A DNA stretch of 64,000 bases from Nymphaea colorata (lineage: Eukaryota): assembly GCF_008831285.2 (NCBI RefSeq), contig NC_045138.2, positions 43,028,001 to 43,092,000 of the forward strand. Direction: 5' to 3'. Of this stretch, positions 1-13,410 are shown piece after piece. Position 1 is the stretch's first letter. The number at the start of each line of letters is the position of its first letter. The notes below the pieces were generated by a model, which saw nothing but the letters and a program-made list of their open reading frames with translations, ran no database searches and was not told where the DNA came from. Both the position numbers and the translations under genes were made by a program.

Positions 1-801
1 ATATTCTCCATATGCATCAACTGCCTTCAAAAATATTGGTTCATCACGTGCAATGACAATGAAATTAATTAGTGGACGTCTTTGCATATCTGTTCACCCA
101 TCAAAAACAATTGATACCCCAGTCGTGTTCCATTTTAACTTTTTTCTTTCTAAACTTTGCTCAACCTCGTTTTTTTCATTCTGAAGAAGTGATGTGTGCA
201 ACCTTTCTGAACAGGTAGGTATATATCCTGATAATTTGCTATTTGCAAGCATAGTACAAGCCTTCTTCCAATATGGATTTCTAGCTATATTGAAAGGAAT
301 GCAGTTAGAATAGAAAAACTTAGCAATCACTTTATTTATTTCTGCCCTTCTACAAGAATCAAAACATGTCTCTATAGTCTTTTTTTTTCTATTAGAACTC
401 TTAGGATTTGTCACAATAATACTTGTTTTCTTCTTGTTGTGGATTGCATCAGCACGATCTTGCAACCTCTTGAACTTTCGAGCTTTTTCTATAGAAACAA
501 TTTTACATCCTCGAATTCCATGACCTGACAACTTCAATAAATGTGCCTTAATTCTTGTGTAAGATCCTACAAATGTACCTTGACAATATTTGCATACAAA
601 ATGCACATTTCCACCGCCACTGCCTACACCTTTAGTGACCGCTTTCATTTCTTTCCATAGTGGTTGTTTTTTAGATGCATATGCTTCACCAGGTAGTGTA
701 GAAGACTTTGAAACATCACCTTCATCCACATTCACACTAGATGAAGAACCTATTGCAGGAGAATCTGAAACAACTTCTTTTCCTTTCCTTCTATTTGCCA
801 T
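1..801 (-). pseudogene. hAT transposase (BED zinc finger + DUF659) with a nonsense mutation
   Basis: BED finger (CKYC...RIKAHL...C) and IPFNIARNPYW. VSIVFDG is followed by TGA at 94-96 where DGW is expected; the frame continues TDMQRRPLINF...IFLKAVDA to base 1. Confidence 0.9.
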
Positions 802-1863
802 CTTTTATGGTTTATCTAGTGTTGACCAGCTCTTGCACTGTTGCACAGGTAGAACATCGAACAATGAGCTTTAATTTTAAAACTATCTATGGATATGTAA
901 CAATAATTGCAAAAATTCAAGTGACATTCAGATTGAATAAATGACAAGAGGTAAACAAGTGAGAGAATTTTATAAGGCATTGATAAGGTCACGTTCCAGC
1001 AATTTATAACTTTTAGAACGTGCATTTGAGTATTCAAACCAAAAAGAATTCAATATTCAGTAGAAGTATTCAATATTCTACTGTTACCAATGCATTGATA
1101 AGGCATTCATAAGCTCTCGTTCTGACTATTTGAACTTCATGTAGAACAGTAGAACTATTCAATATTCATACACAAGATTTTAGAAATCACACGCATTCTT
1201 CTCTGTTCTTTTGAATCTTTTCTTTAAAAAATAGGAAACTGCACATCACATAATGCATGGTCAATATATCAGGTGAAATCAATAGTTTAAGTTATTTAAC
1301 GTTCCAAGCATGTAGAACAAAGCATGTAGCTTGGGTAGATTTTTAATAAATAAGTTGCAAAATAAATGCCAAACATCTACCATAAAATTAGATGGAAGAG
1401 CTTGACCATTGAACTGTCATATAACCAATAGAACCAAGGCATAGGACATTTACCACCAAGCTGAGATAGTATCAGCCTATCAGGAAACCAAATCTTAACA
1501 TTAAGCACCAATCAAGCATAAGGAGAGCTAGCATTTTGATCAACCACCACATCATGCATATGTTCACCCCAAGTGCCAATGACATAAGAATAACAGGGAA
1601 AAAAAAAACAGAATAGCAAAGAGAGAATCATCTGATAAAGAATAGAATATAAATTATAAAGCAGATATCCAGGTTCTATAAAGTATCATTAGACTGGCAA
1701 GGAAGATAACTTCCCACTAGTCCCAAAAGGGATATATATTTAACTAACGTGCATCATAGTTGTTTCTGTCATAATCAATTTTGCGCGAGTTCAAGAAGGC
1801 ATCAGCCATTCCAGACATTGTAAGCTAAATGAAAATCTCCTTGATGAAGCAAATAAATTTATT

Positions 1864-2284
1864 AGCAAAACAGCGTGGCTTTGGAAACAAAGATTGGTCT
1901 GCCATGGCATGGAAATAATTAAGGAATCAAACAATAAAAAAATCAGAACCACTGTAATACAAGCAAACAAAGGACGGAATGAAAGGATTAGCAGCTTGCC
2001 TTGAAATTTTGAGCGATCTCATGAACAAGCCTCTAGAAAGGAAGCTTGCGAATCAGCAGCTCGGTACTCTTCTGGACCTATGGTACTTGCAAATTTCTCT
2101 GGAAACAAGAAAGTAGAGGTAAGGAGACAACACAACATACACCAGTCGCCAAGACATGCGAAGAGTTTGTGGATTAGAAAACAGAGAACGGGGGAGACTG
2201 CACATACCGAAGAGCAACGGTTCTAGGACGATAACGGTGAGGCTTCTTCACTCCAACTGTGGTTGGGGCAGACTTCCTGGCTGC
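1864..2284 (-). pseudogene. H3.3: Histone H3.3 gene fragment (3 exon pieces, 2 introns) inside the hAT element
   Basis: Exon 2284-2208: [26 protein letters not shown]. Exon 2098-2000: EICKY[+8 nt][24 protein letters not shown]. Exon from 1898: TNLCFQSHAVL. AG acceptors and GT/GC donors match plant H3.3 intron positions; T31, Y41, H87 and L90 are H3.3-type. Confidence 0.92.
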
Positions 2285-3170
2285 CTGTAGACCATCTCAA
2301 AGAGCATAAGGACCAAAGCAAACACATTGAGCCCATAAACTGAGAGAAAACAGGGGCATTGAAAGAGGGTTGAGGAAGAAGACGAAATAGGGAAAACAGT
2401 GGAGGGAGACAGACGGCTGGAGAAAACGAAAATCTGAAATAAACCCTTACAGAGTAGCTACCTGAACTAATTTGATGCTGCCGGAAGAGACGATCGCAGC
2501 CGACGCTGGTCGCCGGACGGAGAGGAAGCTACCGTTGGTGGAAGGGACGATCGCAGGAGAGATAGAGAAGGAGTTAGCAAAGGGGCGACAGTCGTGCCCG
2601 ATAGGTTTTGTTGAAAATTTAAAAAAACCCCCAAAAAATGGACCAAAATAGATAGACTCATCGACAAAGGGGCGACAGTCGGGTGCGGCTGACCGCACCT
2701 GACTCACCGTTGACAGTCTTGGGTACGAATCAGGGTCGCACCTGCACCCGCGTCGCGTCGACGCGGGTGCGACTTCAATTTAGGCGCACCCTGGTATCAT
2801 AGCTTTGCCATTAACTAATCTTTCTTGAGCAGCCTTTTGGGCATCTTCATGTTTCTGTTACATGTAGGACCTTCTATGTTGATGCTGCTTGAATAATGAT
2901 ACTTATATTCCAATAAGGATCCTGTCGGATGCACTTCACCCATTGATAAGGAAAAACCAATGTGATCGTCCTGTGGGATTGGATGTTGAATTCCTTATCC
3001 TGATAAAAAGGAAATAATTCACTATTTTATATCAATATCATTTCCTTGACATCGCGAGGAATGTAAACAAATTGGATGTCTCTGTTATTTGTAGAATCAT
3101 TGATGGTTGTTTCTTTTTTAGTTTGTAATTTTTTTCTAGTTTTATGTTGATGATTTTCTGAATCATTCAG

Positions 3171-3427
3171 GTATTCAATATGGATTGATAGCAAACTGCG
3201 GCTTCATGCTGATCCACTGTTAATCCTTGAACATTTTTTGTGGCGAAAAGGAGCAGAATATGCTATTTCAAACCATTATGATAGACATTGTGTCTGGGAA
3301 GAGGTGCTTCAAAACAAAAGATTGAACAAGTACAATCACAGGGCCATTGATGAGCAATTTCTTTTTTATCAGTTTGATGGTCTCAGGAAATTTAATGAAT
3401 CAAATGAAAATAATGTTCTTCCAAGCT
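3171..3427 (+). CDS. DUF616 / TOD1-MUCI70-like putative glycosyltransferase, internal exon (5' exons outside window)
   Basis: YSIWIDSKLRLHADPLLILEHFLWRKGAEYAISNHYDRHCVWEEV...; acceptor ATTCAG, donor GTAAGT. Confidence 0.9.
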
Positions 3428-3793
3428 GTAAGTATCTCGTGCTTTCGTCTCCAGTCCACGCAGAAAATTTTAGTGTACACATGGCAGTGGCAAACTGTGG
3501 TTCTTCAAAACTATGCAAGTCTTAGTATCAGACAAATGCCAAAAAGTTGGACATGACAAGCCTTGGGATAACTATATATATATATATAACATGTCTCCTT
3601 TTGGGGCTGGTTTTTCACCCACCCCTCCTTGGTATTTCCCTATCCTAGGTTGGGGAGGATCGTTATGGGTAAGGAAAAGGGAAAAAGGAAAAGGAGAGAG
3701 AAAAGCATGTGACATAAAAGAGGGGGTGGAAAAACCAGTCTTGGAACCCCCAAGTAGGACTAGTCAAAACGACTCCCCTCCTCACTCCCCCGT

Positions 3794-3794
<1 letters not shown>

Positions 3795-3882
<88 letters not shown>
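3795..3882. repeat. Compound microsatellite (AC)n(AT)n(AG)n
   Basis: Directly visible. Confidence 0.95.
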
Positions 3883-3883
<1 letters not shown>

Positions 3884-4368
3884 ATGTGGCTGCTTACATA
3901 GCCTGTTCAGCCGAGATGTTCTCGGCAACTGTGGGCCATCGACACGGATGGGCCAATTTTTAAAGAAAAAAAAAACAAAAGAAACGAGCATCAGGCAGAT
4001 GATTGATGCTCTGGGTTGCAGCTGCGACCCTCCACTCGCCCACAGATGGTTTGCTAGCAGTGGTGGACCACCAACGGCGAGGGGGAAGCAACCACTTTTC
4101 CCTTTCTTCTCGTTTTTGTATTTTTTTAATTGACTCGCAAGTGGATGGGCCAGCGGCAGCCCCTGCCTTAAAAAGAAAAAGAAAACAAAATTGCTTTTAC
4201 AAGCCATTTTCAAATGCAGGGAGAATAGATAGAGATCTGACCAATCTGTCAAATAAGCTGTTGCACCTGAGTCAGATGTGAGTGCACCATGAGTGCAGCT
4301 GCTAATACTTGAGCATTAATATGCTTTTATGCACGTACACCCCTAAGTTTTGTTTTGTTTTCTGCCGC

Positions 4369-4735
4369 CTAAGTCACATTGGTACTTCAATAAAGTCTAC
4401 GTACCCATGTCTCCGTACCCGTACCCACATGGGTACTTGGACATACTTGGGTACTTTTTAGATCCAAAGCGATCCAAACTGCTTAATATTACGTGATTTA
4501 ATTTTTTTCAAGTCAGTTTTCATTATGTTTTTACAATTATTGTTCATTAACATGTAATGTTTGTATTTAAATTCACTTGTTTATTTACATGTTGCTTTCA
4601 TTTTGATTTTATATTATGTTGTGTATATAAATATATATTCTTGCCGTATCCTCATACCGCATTTTCTAAGTTGTCTTGACAGTACCCATATCTCCGTACC
4701 CATACCGGAACCGCACCGATTACCTTGTGACTTAG
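4369..4735. mobile_element. hAT-type MITE in a DUF616 intron
   Basis: TIR CTAAGTCACA...TGTGACTTAG; internal GTACCC repeats; imperfect 8-bp TSD TCTGCCGC/ACTGCTGC. Confidence 0.75.
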
Positions 4736-5047
4736 ACTGCTGCATCTGCATCCATGCTCATGTCGTATAGGTGGAGAATAGAGGGTCCAGGAATATGACT
4801 AGACACTGCTAGGGAGGTGTCCAAAAGTTAGATACTTTTGATCAGTTTGTACTTGCTTCCATAATGGCGTCTTTGAAGGCATAAGCATACACTTTGAAGT
4901 TTGAACAACCGTTTCCAGTGTGTTAGACACTTTGACATTTAGAAAATGTCTAAGCTATGTGAAACTCCAACCATGTTTGCCATTGTCATGCAACATGGAC
5001 CCATCATAAATATGGTCCCAAATAATTGTTTTTTATTGATTCTGCAG

Positions 5048-5226
5048 ATGTTCCAGAAGGATCTTTCATTGTTCGTGCTCACACACCAATGTCAAATCTA
5101 TTTTCATGCCTTTGGTTTAATGAAGTGAATCGTTTCACCTCACGTGACCAGCTGAGCTTTGCCTATGCTTACTTGAAGCTTCGCAGAATGAACCCAGAGA
5201 AAGCTTTCTTCTTGAACATGTTTAAG
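5048..5226 (+). CDS. DUF616 glycosyltransferase-like gene, penultimate exon
   Basis: (Y)VPEGSFIVRAHTPMSNLFSCLWFNEVNRFTSRDQLSFAY...LNMFK; TGCAG acceptor, GTAC donor; phase-compatible with both neighbours. Confidence 0.92.
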
Positions 5227-6097
5227 GTACTTTTCCTGTCACTTTAAGGTTTCTATGTGTCTAAGCTGTCAAAATTGAATATATAATGAAGTAATATTCT
5301 CCATGCTGTTGATGGTGGCCCTTAATAGGAATCAAAGGATGATTGGTGTTCTCATTTTCTTATATAAATTGTTCCTTCCTCTCTTTGTCCTGGATTGTTG
5401 AGTAACTGCCTCCTGAATGTGGGGTAAAATACAAGAAATAGCATGGAAGGAAGGACATCAAAGTTCCCATCTGGTTTGAATCGTCCAGCTTCTGGTAGTT
5501 GTATCAGTTAGTAGTGCTCCATATCGATTAGGATATTTACTTTGAACATATCACTGTATCTTTTCAAAATGAAAAATCTATATGTTGCCTCATCATGCTA
5601 AACCTTCTTTTTTTCAAAATGTCACGATCATATCATTTTAAAAAAGTGACGACTAAAAATATGACAACTCCTATTGTTGGTTTGTTTGTCACTTAAAAGA
5701 TATTTTATTTCACAAACTTTAACTTAGTCCTACTAAGATTTTGCCGATAAAATTTTAAGAAAATTCAGAAAGTTCTCTGAAAGCTATTTAATTTGTTTTT
5801 TCCACTATGGTTATGTGGACACACAGCTAAGATGGACTCTATTCATGAAAGTGAGATCGGTTTTAAGATATGCATTGGCCTTACTCTTTCGTCACCAGTC
5901 TAGATGTATAGTTCTTCACTGGAAAAAGAATCTAGACGTATAGTTATTTAAACTTGTCTCTCTCACCTCATTCCTTCTGAAAAAATCTGACGGTCGCTGA
6001 ATTTATACCTTCTCTATCTATGTCCCCTTTGACCACATTTGATTAGGAGATAGATATTTTTATGTGCTTCAACAGTAAGATACAGAGTTCTGTGCAG

Positions 6098-6157
6098 GAT
6101 TGTGAAAGGAGGACAATGACAAAGCTTTTTCGCCACAGAGCAGAAATCATGCCTTAG
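6098..6157 (+). CDS. DUF616 glycosyltransferase-like gene, last exon
   Basis: TGCAG acceptor, then DCERRTMTKLFRHRAEIMP* (TAG 6155-6157), a C-terminus typical of this family. Confidence 0.88.
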   Translation, partial: DCERRTMTKLFRHRAEIMP

Positions 6158-9100
6158 CCTACTCTTGCTTGACTGCTTTGTTATATCTCAAAGTTTATTT
6201 TTGGCAATTATTCAAGTTTCTAGGGAGAACTTGTGAGACTATCATTCAGATAATTTGGTTCTTGCACCTTACTGATAGCATAAAATTGCTTTGAAATGGA
6301 CAATTTATAGTTTCTGTAGGGTCTTCTTTTCCCTTATAGATGATTTTTGCAGCATTTTTATCAGTCATGTACACTCCCCTGCACATTTCTTTAATAATGC
6401 TGCTGGTCATTTAGAAGAAAACCAAAGATGCAGATGATCAGTTTTGCACTTGCAGTGTTACATTCCTTTATTTGTAACATACATTTTTTTTTTTAACTTG
6501 TTGCAAAAGGCCAATCCTTATGTTCTTTCTGGTGTTAAGTAGTTCATTAAAAATATGCCATTGTATATGTTGAGTGAGTAGGAATTCCAACAATAGAGCA
6601 AAACCCCCACCCTTCTTCATATCTCTTTAGGGCATAAGTTTGCTTTCGGCGCTTTAAAGTGGTACACATGCCATGCTTCAGTTTGCATATCAATGTCTCT
6701 CTTTTGCAGTACAAAGAGTTGACATTTTGAGAGCTTAAAATGAAAACTGATTGCCTACCAGCTTTTGCCCTGCCCATTGTGCCAATCTCCTAAAAACCAA
6801 GTAGGCCGTTTTATATGAGCTGCATTACATTACATTATGGTGCATTTTGAATCTTTGATGACCCTCGAAAGTAATGGAGGATTTCACCAGCAAGGGTTTT
6901 GCCAATCAAACCTTTCAGTTGGGGCTCTCTTTTTTTGGGTTTGTCAAGCTGAGAGAAACTGAAGATAAGAAGAGGGGCAGTTGAAGCTTTCAGTCAAGGC
7001 TTCCTCTCCTTGTTTTGATTTTGCCAAGCTGAGGCTTTGCTAGTCAGGACCCTTGGTTGAGTCTTTCAAAAGAACAATGTATCTTGACTCATCTTTCTAA
7101 GAGCCGATTCCCTGTTGTTGCATTACGAGCATAAAATCTCCAAACAAGTACAAATCTTAGCCTAACTAATTCTGATTCTAAATCATGAATCCAATAAGAT
7201 GGTACCTAAAGCCTAACCTAAAAGCAACCCATGATAAGTACACAAAAAAATGGATCCATTTTACAAGAGGGGTGATCCAAGGTATCGATAGCAACAGCTA
7301 ATATTGTTCCTCTAGTGGTTGCAATATATCTCTATGGTGCTGCACTTTTATGAAGGCTGTTCTCTTGCAGATATGGGAGGGAGGAAAGGAATTATTTCAT
7401 GTTGGAAGAGAAGCACCGTCAGGTGCATGTGATGGCACTTGATGGAATCAAATCCGACTTGAAACCTCCACCAAGTCTGCAACACCCACAAAGCACCACA
7501 ACTACAAGAGAGAAAAAAAAACCAATAAATAAATAAATAAAACAATGTACACGTGAAGAAGAAGAAGAATGTCACTTTCTATGGTTAACGTGTTCTAGAG
7601 CAGGATGATGAAGGAAAAGCAAGGAGGTACAAAGGTGGGCTGCAGCTCTCGTGGAGTAGGGTTAATTTTTTGCTTTTATTTGGTTCTAAGTCTCCATAGC
7701 GCCTTGAAAGTTGGCTCTTGATGACACTCAAAACACCCTTATGGTTCCAGCAAACCAAATGTTACACTTGTAGAGATGTTTCGTATTTTCCAAAGTTCGA
7801 CAATGGGATTGAGGTCTTGGCTTTGCTTTGGGGTTGGATCTTCCCTCGTCCTATGATGCATCACTTGGTATGGATCAAGCTAGGTGTCGCTCTAGGGCAT
7901 AAAATCACCAATAACTTCATCGTCTAAGCCCGAATTATGGTCAAGCTTGGTCAAGTGTTTATTAAAATTTGACACAATAACAGCATGAGTTCAAATACTC
8001 AACTATGTATAAATGCATACATATGAAGTGTAAAGTGAAATGCATTTCATGCACCATCACTTGTCCGGAAGTACAAGATATTGACAACTACAATCACCTC
8101 ACACCAAGAGGGAGTATAAGTTGGAAGAAAACATTGTTTCAATCATAATATGAGTTCGCAGTGTTGCTATAGTGGGCTGGGCTGCAACCACAAAAACCTT
8201 TTGAAGTGGCCGAGTCAGAGAGGCTGAGGGTAAAAGTAGACAGTAGGAAAAGAAAATATTCAGTTATGTACAACAACTGAGCCAGTACATTCTCCAAGAA
8301 ATGGAGGCAAATTAAGCCAATGACCAAGGAACACAGGAATTTATTCTTCAAGGCAACTCCTGCAACCATCCTTAGCTTCAAATTTGCTCATGAATATTGC
8401 TCTTTCGTATCTTTTTATTTAAAAATATAGCACAATGTGAAGAAAAGTACATGAAGAAAATCTACATTGTGAAGCATCCTAGAGAACATCTTATCAGATG
8501 GCAATCCCCAAGTTTACAGGATATTAATGTTATTTAATAGAACACTTCTTTTTTTATAGAGAAAGCTGATGAATTGCTTCAATGTAATCACAAAAGTCAA
8601 TTATTGACATGGATTTGGCTCTTTTGGATAAGGTGATTTAAAATTATACATATAGCTGGATGGTTATTTGGTTCAAGCGCAGAATAATTGTGACAAGACA
8701 AAATGCAGTCTTTCCAACCAAAAGTGAAGACCAAGTGTACTCTGAACAATATAAATTTGCCATTACAGGATGTTGTTTAAATTCAAGTTGAATACTAATA
8801 GCATCAAAGTTTTTGACATGCAAAAGTAGAAAACATGCACATGGGATTGTTGAAGATACTGTGAAAATAAGGGCAAACAACTGCTGATCAGATAAATAAG
8901 AGAATCACAACTAATGTTTCAGAACATAGACCAACTTAGAGACAAACCCTTAAAGAAAAGAAAGCTTGTTTCATAATAAGTTATACGAACCAAACAAACT
9001 GATGCACTACTAGCAGTTTCATTCTTGTCCAATCAAATGTCGGCAGACTAAAAAGAAGATTAGGTGTGGTTCTAGATGTAGACATGCTCAGGCATAGGAA

Positions 9101-10859
9101 AAAGTTCCAACATGTTACATATTACAACTCAAGGAAATCACCGCACGAACCGACTTCAAAAGTAAGTCTGTATTTTCCATCCCTATTTCGCATCCTCAAG
9201 TATTTCAAATGTGCTGGCTACAGTCTAGAACTGAAATCTGACTCTTGTAATTCAAAGTAAGTTGTGTCTATGTTAATTCCCACCGAGGTGAGCCTCTCTT
9301 GAGCCTGACTTGGCCTGAGAATGTTATGGTGAAGTAAAAATGGAACAAACTAGGTTTAAGTGAGCTCACTTGAGCTGAGCTATTGGTAATGCAATTTTAG
9401 AAACATGTGATTTCTAGACGAAATACATGAAATTTTGATTTGAAATTTTAAACATAGCTAGATTTAATAATATCACGTGATGTGGTGTGGTTTGTTCGAC
9501 AAAAGATGGTCAATTTACAAGAAGAACGATGTGGTCAATTTTCAATACAAGCATTATATACATTTTCCTGATATAAACCTAGGTCCTGCGAATCACATGC
9601 CTAAGTTCAAGGCTTACCTAGGTCCAAATGTTATTCATCTAGGTCCGTGGGAACCTAATTGAGCTTTGTGGCACCCACACTTCCATAAGCCTGACCTATT
9701 GTCAACCTAAACAGAACCTGTTTCCTTCTATATCCCCAAAAGTTGAACTTACGATGGGCCTAGAACCAACCTAATCCTACCTTGAAACTGCTAAACTGAA
9801 CTGCTGAAAACTAGTTGGTCTCAGCTTGAACCCAGGCTCAACCTATTCCAGACCTAAAGTGCACCTAGTTCGTCAGCCAACAAAACTTAGTAAGCATGAA
9901 CCCACTTAGCCCACTGTGAGCATAGCCAGGGAATGCTCCATTGTGGATCTTCAAACTTCAACTTTAAATATTCATGTCACATTCATATGTAATATTTGTA
10001 TTTTTCTGGATCCAAATATCTCACTTTAAGCTGTTAATTTGGACCATTGATCCAAACTTCCTATCAAATTCATGATTTACTTTGTAGAACTTTCTCCAGA
10101 CCTAGGTTATTCTGAAGATCCTCGGTGATCACTTTCAATCTACAATCCAAGGTCTAGATACAATGAACCTGGACATATTCATTTGGGCGCTAACTTTATA
10201 CATTTCATGAATAATAGATGTGTTATTTTTCCTAAGATCCTACTCTACAATAAGTCACCTATTTTCTTCAGTTCCACTTTAATTTTCACCAAGAAATACC
10301 TTTGAATTCTTCTACAATCACCCAATTTCATGTTGCTAGTAGTTTTGAAGGACCAAACTGCGTTTTCTAGCCATAATTTGCAAAAAAAATCACATATTTC
10401 ATGAGGACACCGATTTCTTATGGCATGAGCATGTGACGCTATGATGGCAAGACCCCGGTCATATGTGAGACTGGGGGATTAGTGCGGTTTCATAGATTGT
10501 TCAACTTTTATTTTTGCTAAAGATAGAGCAGCAGGAATAATGACGCTTAAGACGTGCCATGCCATCCCCAAGAATTTACGAACAGCTGATAAAAGGTCGA
10601 CTGCATGTACAAAGTTGCAAGGACATGGCTTTAAATCACACGTTCAGACATTCAATTTTTATTAATGAAAGCATCATGCTTAAAAATAGTGGCAACAGCT
10701 CCAAGCAGGTCCCTTGGCAGAAATCACCAGGAGAGGACCCCACCGCTTGAGTAGGAAGCCGAAATCCCCTTCTCCCAAGATCAAATTCTGTATGCCGCTT
10801 CATGTACATAACGGGCATATGCCGAATGTAGATATGTATGTTTACTTTAATGCCCAAAC

Positions 10860-11310
10860 ATAACCATTATCTTATACACATGTCGTTTGTCGTTATGTCA
10901 TACTCGTAGCATATAATGACAGGACGTAGTATTAAGTATATGATAATGATGAGTACTAGATGATAAAAATATAAGCAAACAAGTATAAGACAATGACAGA
11001 AGAATAAAATAATAAGCATGATAATGACTGATGTATGAGATAATGATAGAAATATATGATAATGCATATGAAATACAACAGATGCATGAGATAACGTTAT
11101 GAGCGAGACAAAAAACGAAAACATTTTTTTGCCTCTCAAGGGTGTATATTGGTAATAATGACATGCACATACTTTTATCGAATCCCAAAATCTTTTTTTT
11201 TTAGTTTCCTTTGTTGTCCCTACAATTTTTTTTTTGTATTAACCCTAGGCATTTTGTGTCGGTATTAAAATGGCATACAAAAAATCATACTTGGGCGCAT
11301 ATAACCAGCT
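10860..11310. repeat. Dispersed repeat (probable non-autonomous DNA transposon), homologous to 61560-62026
   Basis: Shared GAGATAA-rich tract and shared end ...CTTTGTTGTCC...TTTGTATTAA...GGCATTTT...TATTAAAATG...GCATATA(A/T)CCAGCT. Left boundary is approximate. Confidence 0.6.
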
Positions 11311-12216
11311 TTTCTCCTTCCCCTCGCTCCTCTCCATTACATCGGACGTCAAGTGATGCTTAAAAAACTGGGTAAACTAATGGTTATGGCCTTTAACTCG
11401 ACCACAAAAGTCACTTAACGTGAATCTAGCACGAGTTCTCCACATTCAGATTGATTACTTAATGGGAGGGTTATTCGAGGTAGGTGATAATGCTAAATGC
11501 CTTGCCTACAAAAGGAGTTAAAACACATATTGTCCGTATCACCTTCCAGCTGGCCGGTACATTTTTATCCAAAAAGACAGTTTAGCATCCACGGCTAACC
11601 ACATAAAGTTTCCATCCATCCAGAGGGTTGGGAATGAATGACCTTTTAAAAGGCAACATTGCGGAGCCTTTAAGCATGTTTATATACGGTGTAACTGATA
11701 AACTATTGTCCACATGGGACAAGTTTTTACTCGTAAAAAAAATCTCCAGCTTGGTTTGAGATGTTCATAACCATAAAGAAAATTATGCATCAAAACCAAC
11801 CGATGAAAAGGTGTGCTTCTTGTGTGGAAAAGAGGTAAGCGAACACGTTACTTTAAGAAAAAGGAAAATTACTGGCACTATTCAAGTGCTGTCCTGTTGC
11901 TTTGGCTGCCGAGATTCTCCTCTTCGGGAAATGAAACCATTTAAGCAACATTTAGTGCCACAAGCTGTTTTTCAATTCTTTAGCCTTACAATTCGATTAT
12001 ATAAAAAAAACTTTTTGTTATTTAAAACAAGTTAAGCATTAAGTACGTTTCAACTAAAGCCGGGCATAGGCCCCTCTTCTACACGTTTACGCTCGACAAA
12101 AACGGTTCGATGGGATCCCATTCTGTTCGGGATATTATTTAATATTATTTTATTTTAATAATGATATATATTTTATTATTAAAAATATGTTTTATATTAA
12201 AAAATTATTTTACATT

Positions 12217-12219
<3 letters not shown>

Positions 12220-12259
<40 letters not shown>
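12220..12259. repeat. (TA)n microsatellite
   Basis: Directly visible. Confidence 0.95.
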
Positions 12260-12262
<3 letters not shown>

Positions 12263-12328
12263 AATCAAGCTAGTTGGGCCAAGCCTGAGTTTCCGGGTGT
12301 CGGGTCAGCTTGAGCCCGACCCTTATCT

Positions 12329-12530
12329 GGCTGTGCCAACTCGATGCCCAAGCAACAGTTAGATATGTCGCTTGTTTAAATCTCGCAAAATCAACTACTC
12401 TACGGTTGGACATTCAATGACGGAGATATCGGGCTGTGCCAACTCGATGCCTAGGCAACAGTTAGATATTGTCGCTTGTTTAAATCTCGCAAAATCAACT
12501 ACTCTACGGTTGGACATTCAATGATGGAGA
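12329..12530. repeat. Tandem duplication, 2 x ~103 bp
   Basis: GGCTGTGCCAACTCGATGCC...GGTTGGACATTCAATGA(C/T)GGAGA begins at 12329 and again at 12432; the copies are nearly identical. Confidence 0.95.
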
Positions 12531-13410
12531 AGCATATATATATATATATAATTGTAGAATTGTGTTATATAAATTGCATTAATGGTAGTAATAAAAAATA
12601 TTTGTCATTGTTGGATTTCTAAATTTGATTTGCAAGCAAGCAAGGCCTTACATAGGTAATTTTTATAATCTTATAAACTTGTAAACAATGTTTTATGATC
12701 TTATTTTCATGGTATTTTTTAAATCCTATATGTTGGACATGTTCCAAAAAATGTTTGTTTAATTTAAAAGAAAAATATCATGTAGTGCTAGAGAGAGAAG
12801 AGAGAGTATCATCAGTGGTCTTTTTGGGAGAGGGCAGGATCATCTATAGCCGCCTCGGCTGGTTAGTGGTTCCCATGTGCAAGACCCACTATCTTAACCT
12901 GTGTCGTCAGAAGCTGGTTATATCAGCCACCGAGCACAAAAATTTTGTGCACATGGGTTAATCATGTCATGACCAGGTGACTCAGAAGCATCGGCGCAAA
13001 GTCTGGATCGAGGGGGTGGCGCACAGAACTCAGTCTCTCCAGAGTGGGTTCTTGGGATGAAGGGTCCAATCTCTTTTGGGTTTTTAATATGTTCCTTTGG
13101 CAAAAGTTAACATCTTCCTAAACTCTAATCGACCTGCGAGTACAGCATCCAAACTTTGATTTCAGACTCACGTAAGCTCCCACAGTGCCGCCGTACTTAA
13201 TACAGTACCAAAGGAAGATTCTTCCATTAGAAAAGGCATGAACGGCATGCAGGTCGATGCTTCCCATCAGTCCAAGCAAAAGAGAAGCAATCTGCAAGTG
13301 GGTACCTTCCATCACGAGAGATTCCCATTTGGATGACATTTAAAAGGATGGGTCGTAAATTTGGGTTGATTAGTTCCCCGCTCTTGGTTTGACTTGGCAT
13401 TAATTTCACC

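Larger units (their letters stand above)
1..2802 (-). mobile_element. hAT DNA transposon, 5' part (continues beyond window start), apparently inside an intron of the DUF616 gene
   Basis: Transposase ORF at 1-801. Putative terminus CTATGATACCAGGGTGCG (minus strand) at 2802, with GC-rich subterminal palindromic repeats (GGGTCGCACCTGCACCCGCGTCGCGTCGACGCGGGTGCGAC, about 2732-2773). The other end and TSD are outside the window. Confidence 0.75.

Noticed and set aside
1744..1830. Short AG..GT-bounded open segment next to the H3.3 fragment
   Set aside because: Could be another captured exon, but I cannot assign any homology.
2447..2470. QVATL plus GTAAG resembling the end of H3 exon 1 (QLATK|gt)
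   Set aside because: The upstream sequence does not match MARTKQTARKSTGGKAPRK; likely chance.
3513..4252. 206-aa and 156-aa ORFs
   Set aside because: They run through microsatellites (THTHTH, ERERE, CVCVCV) inside an intron and show no domain.
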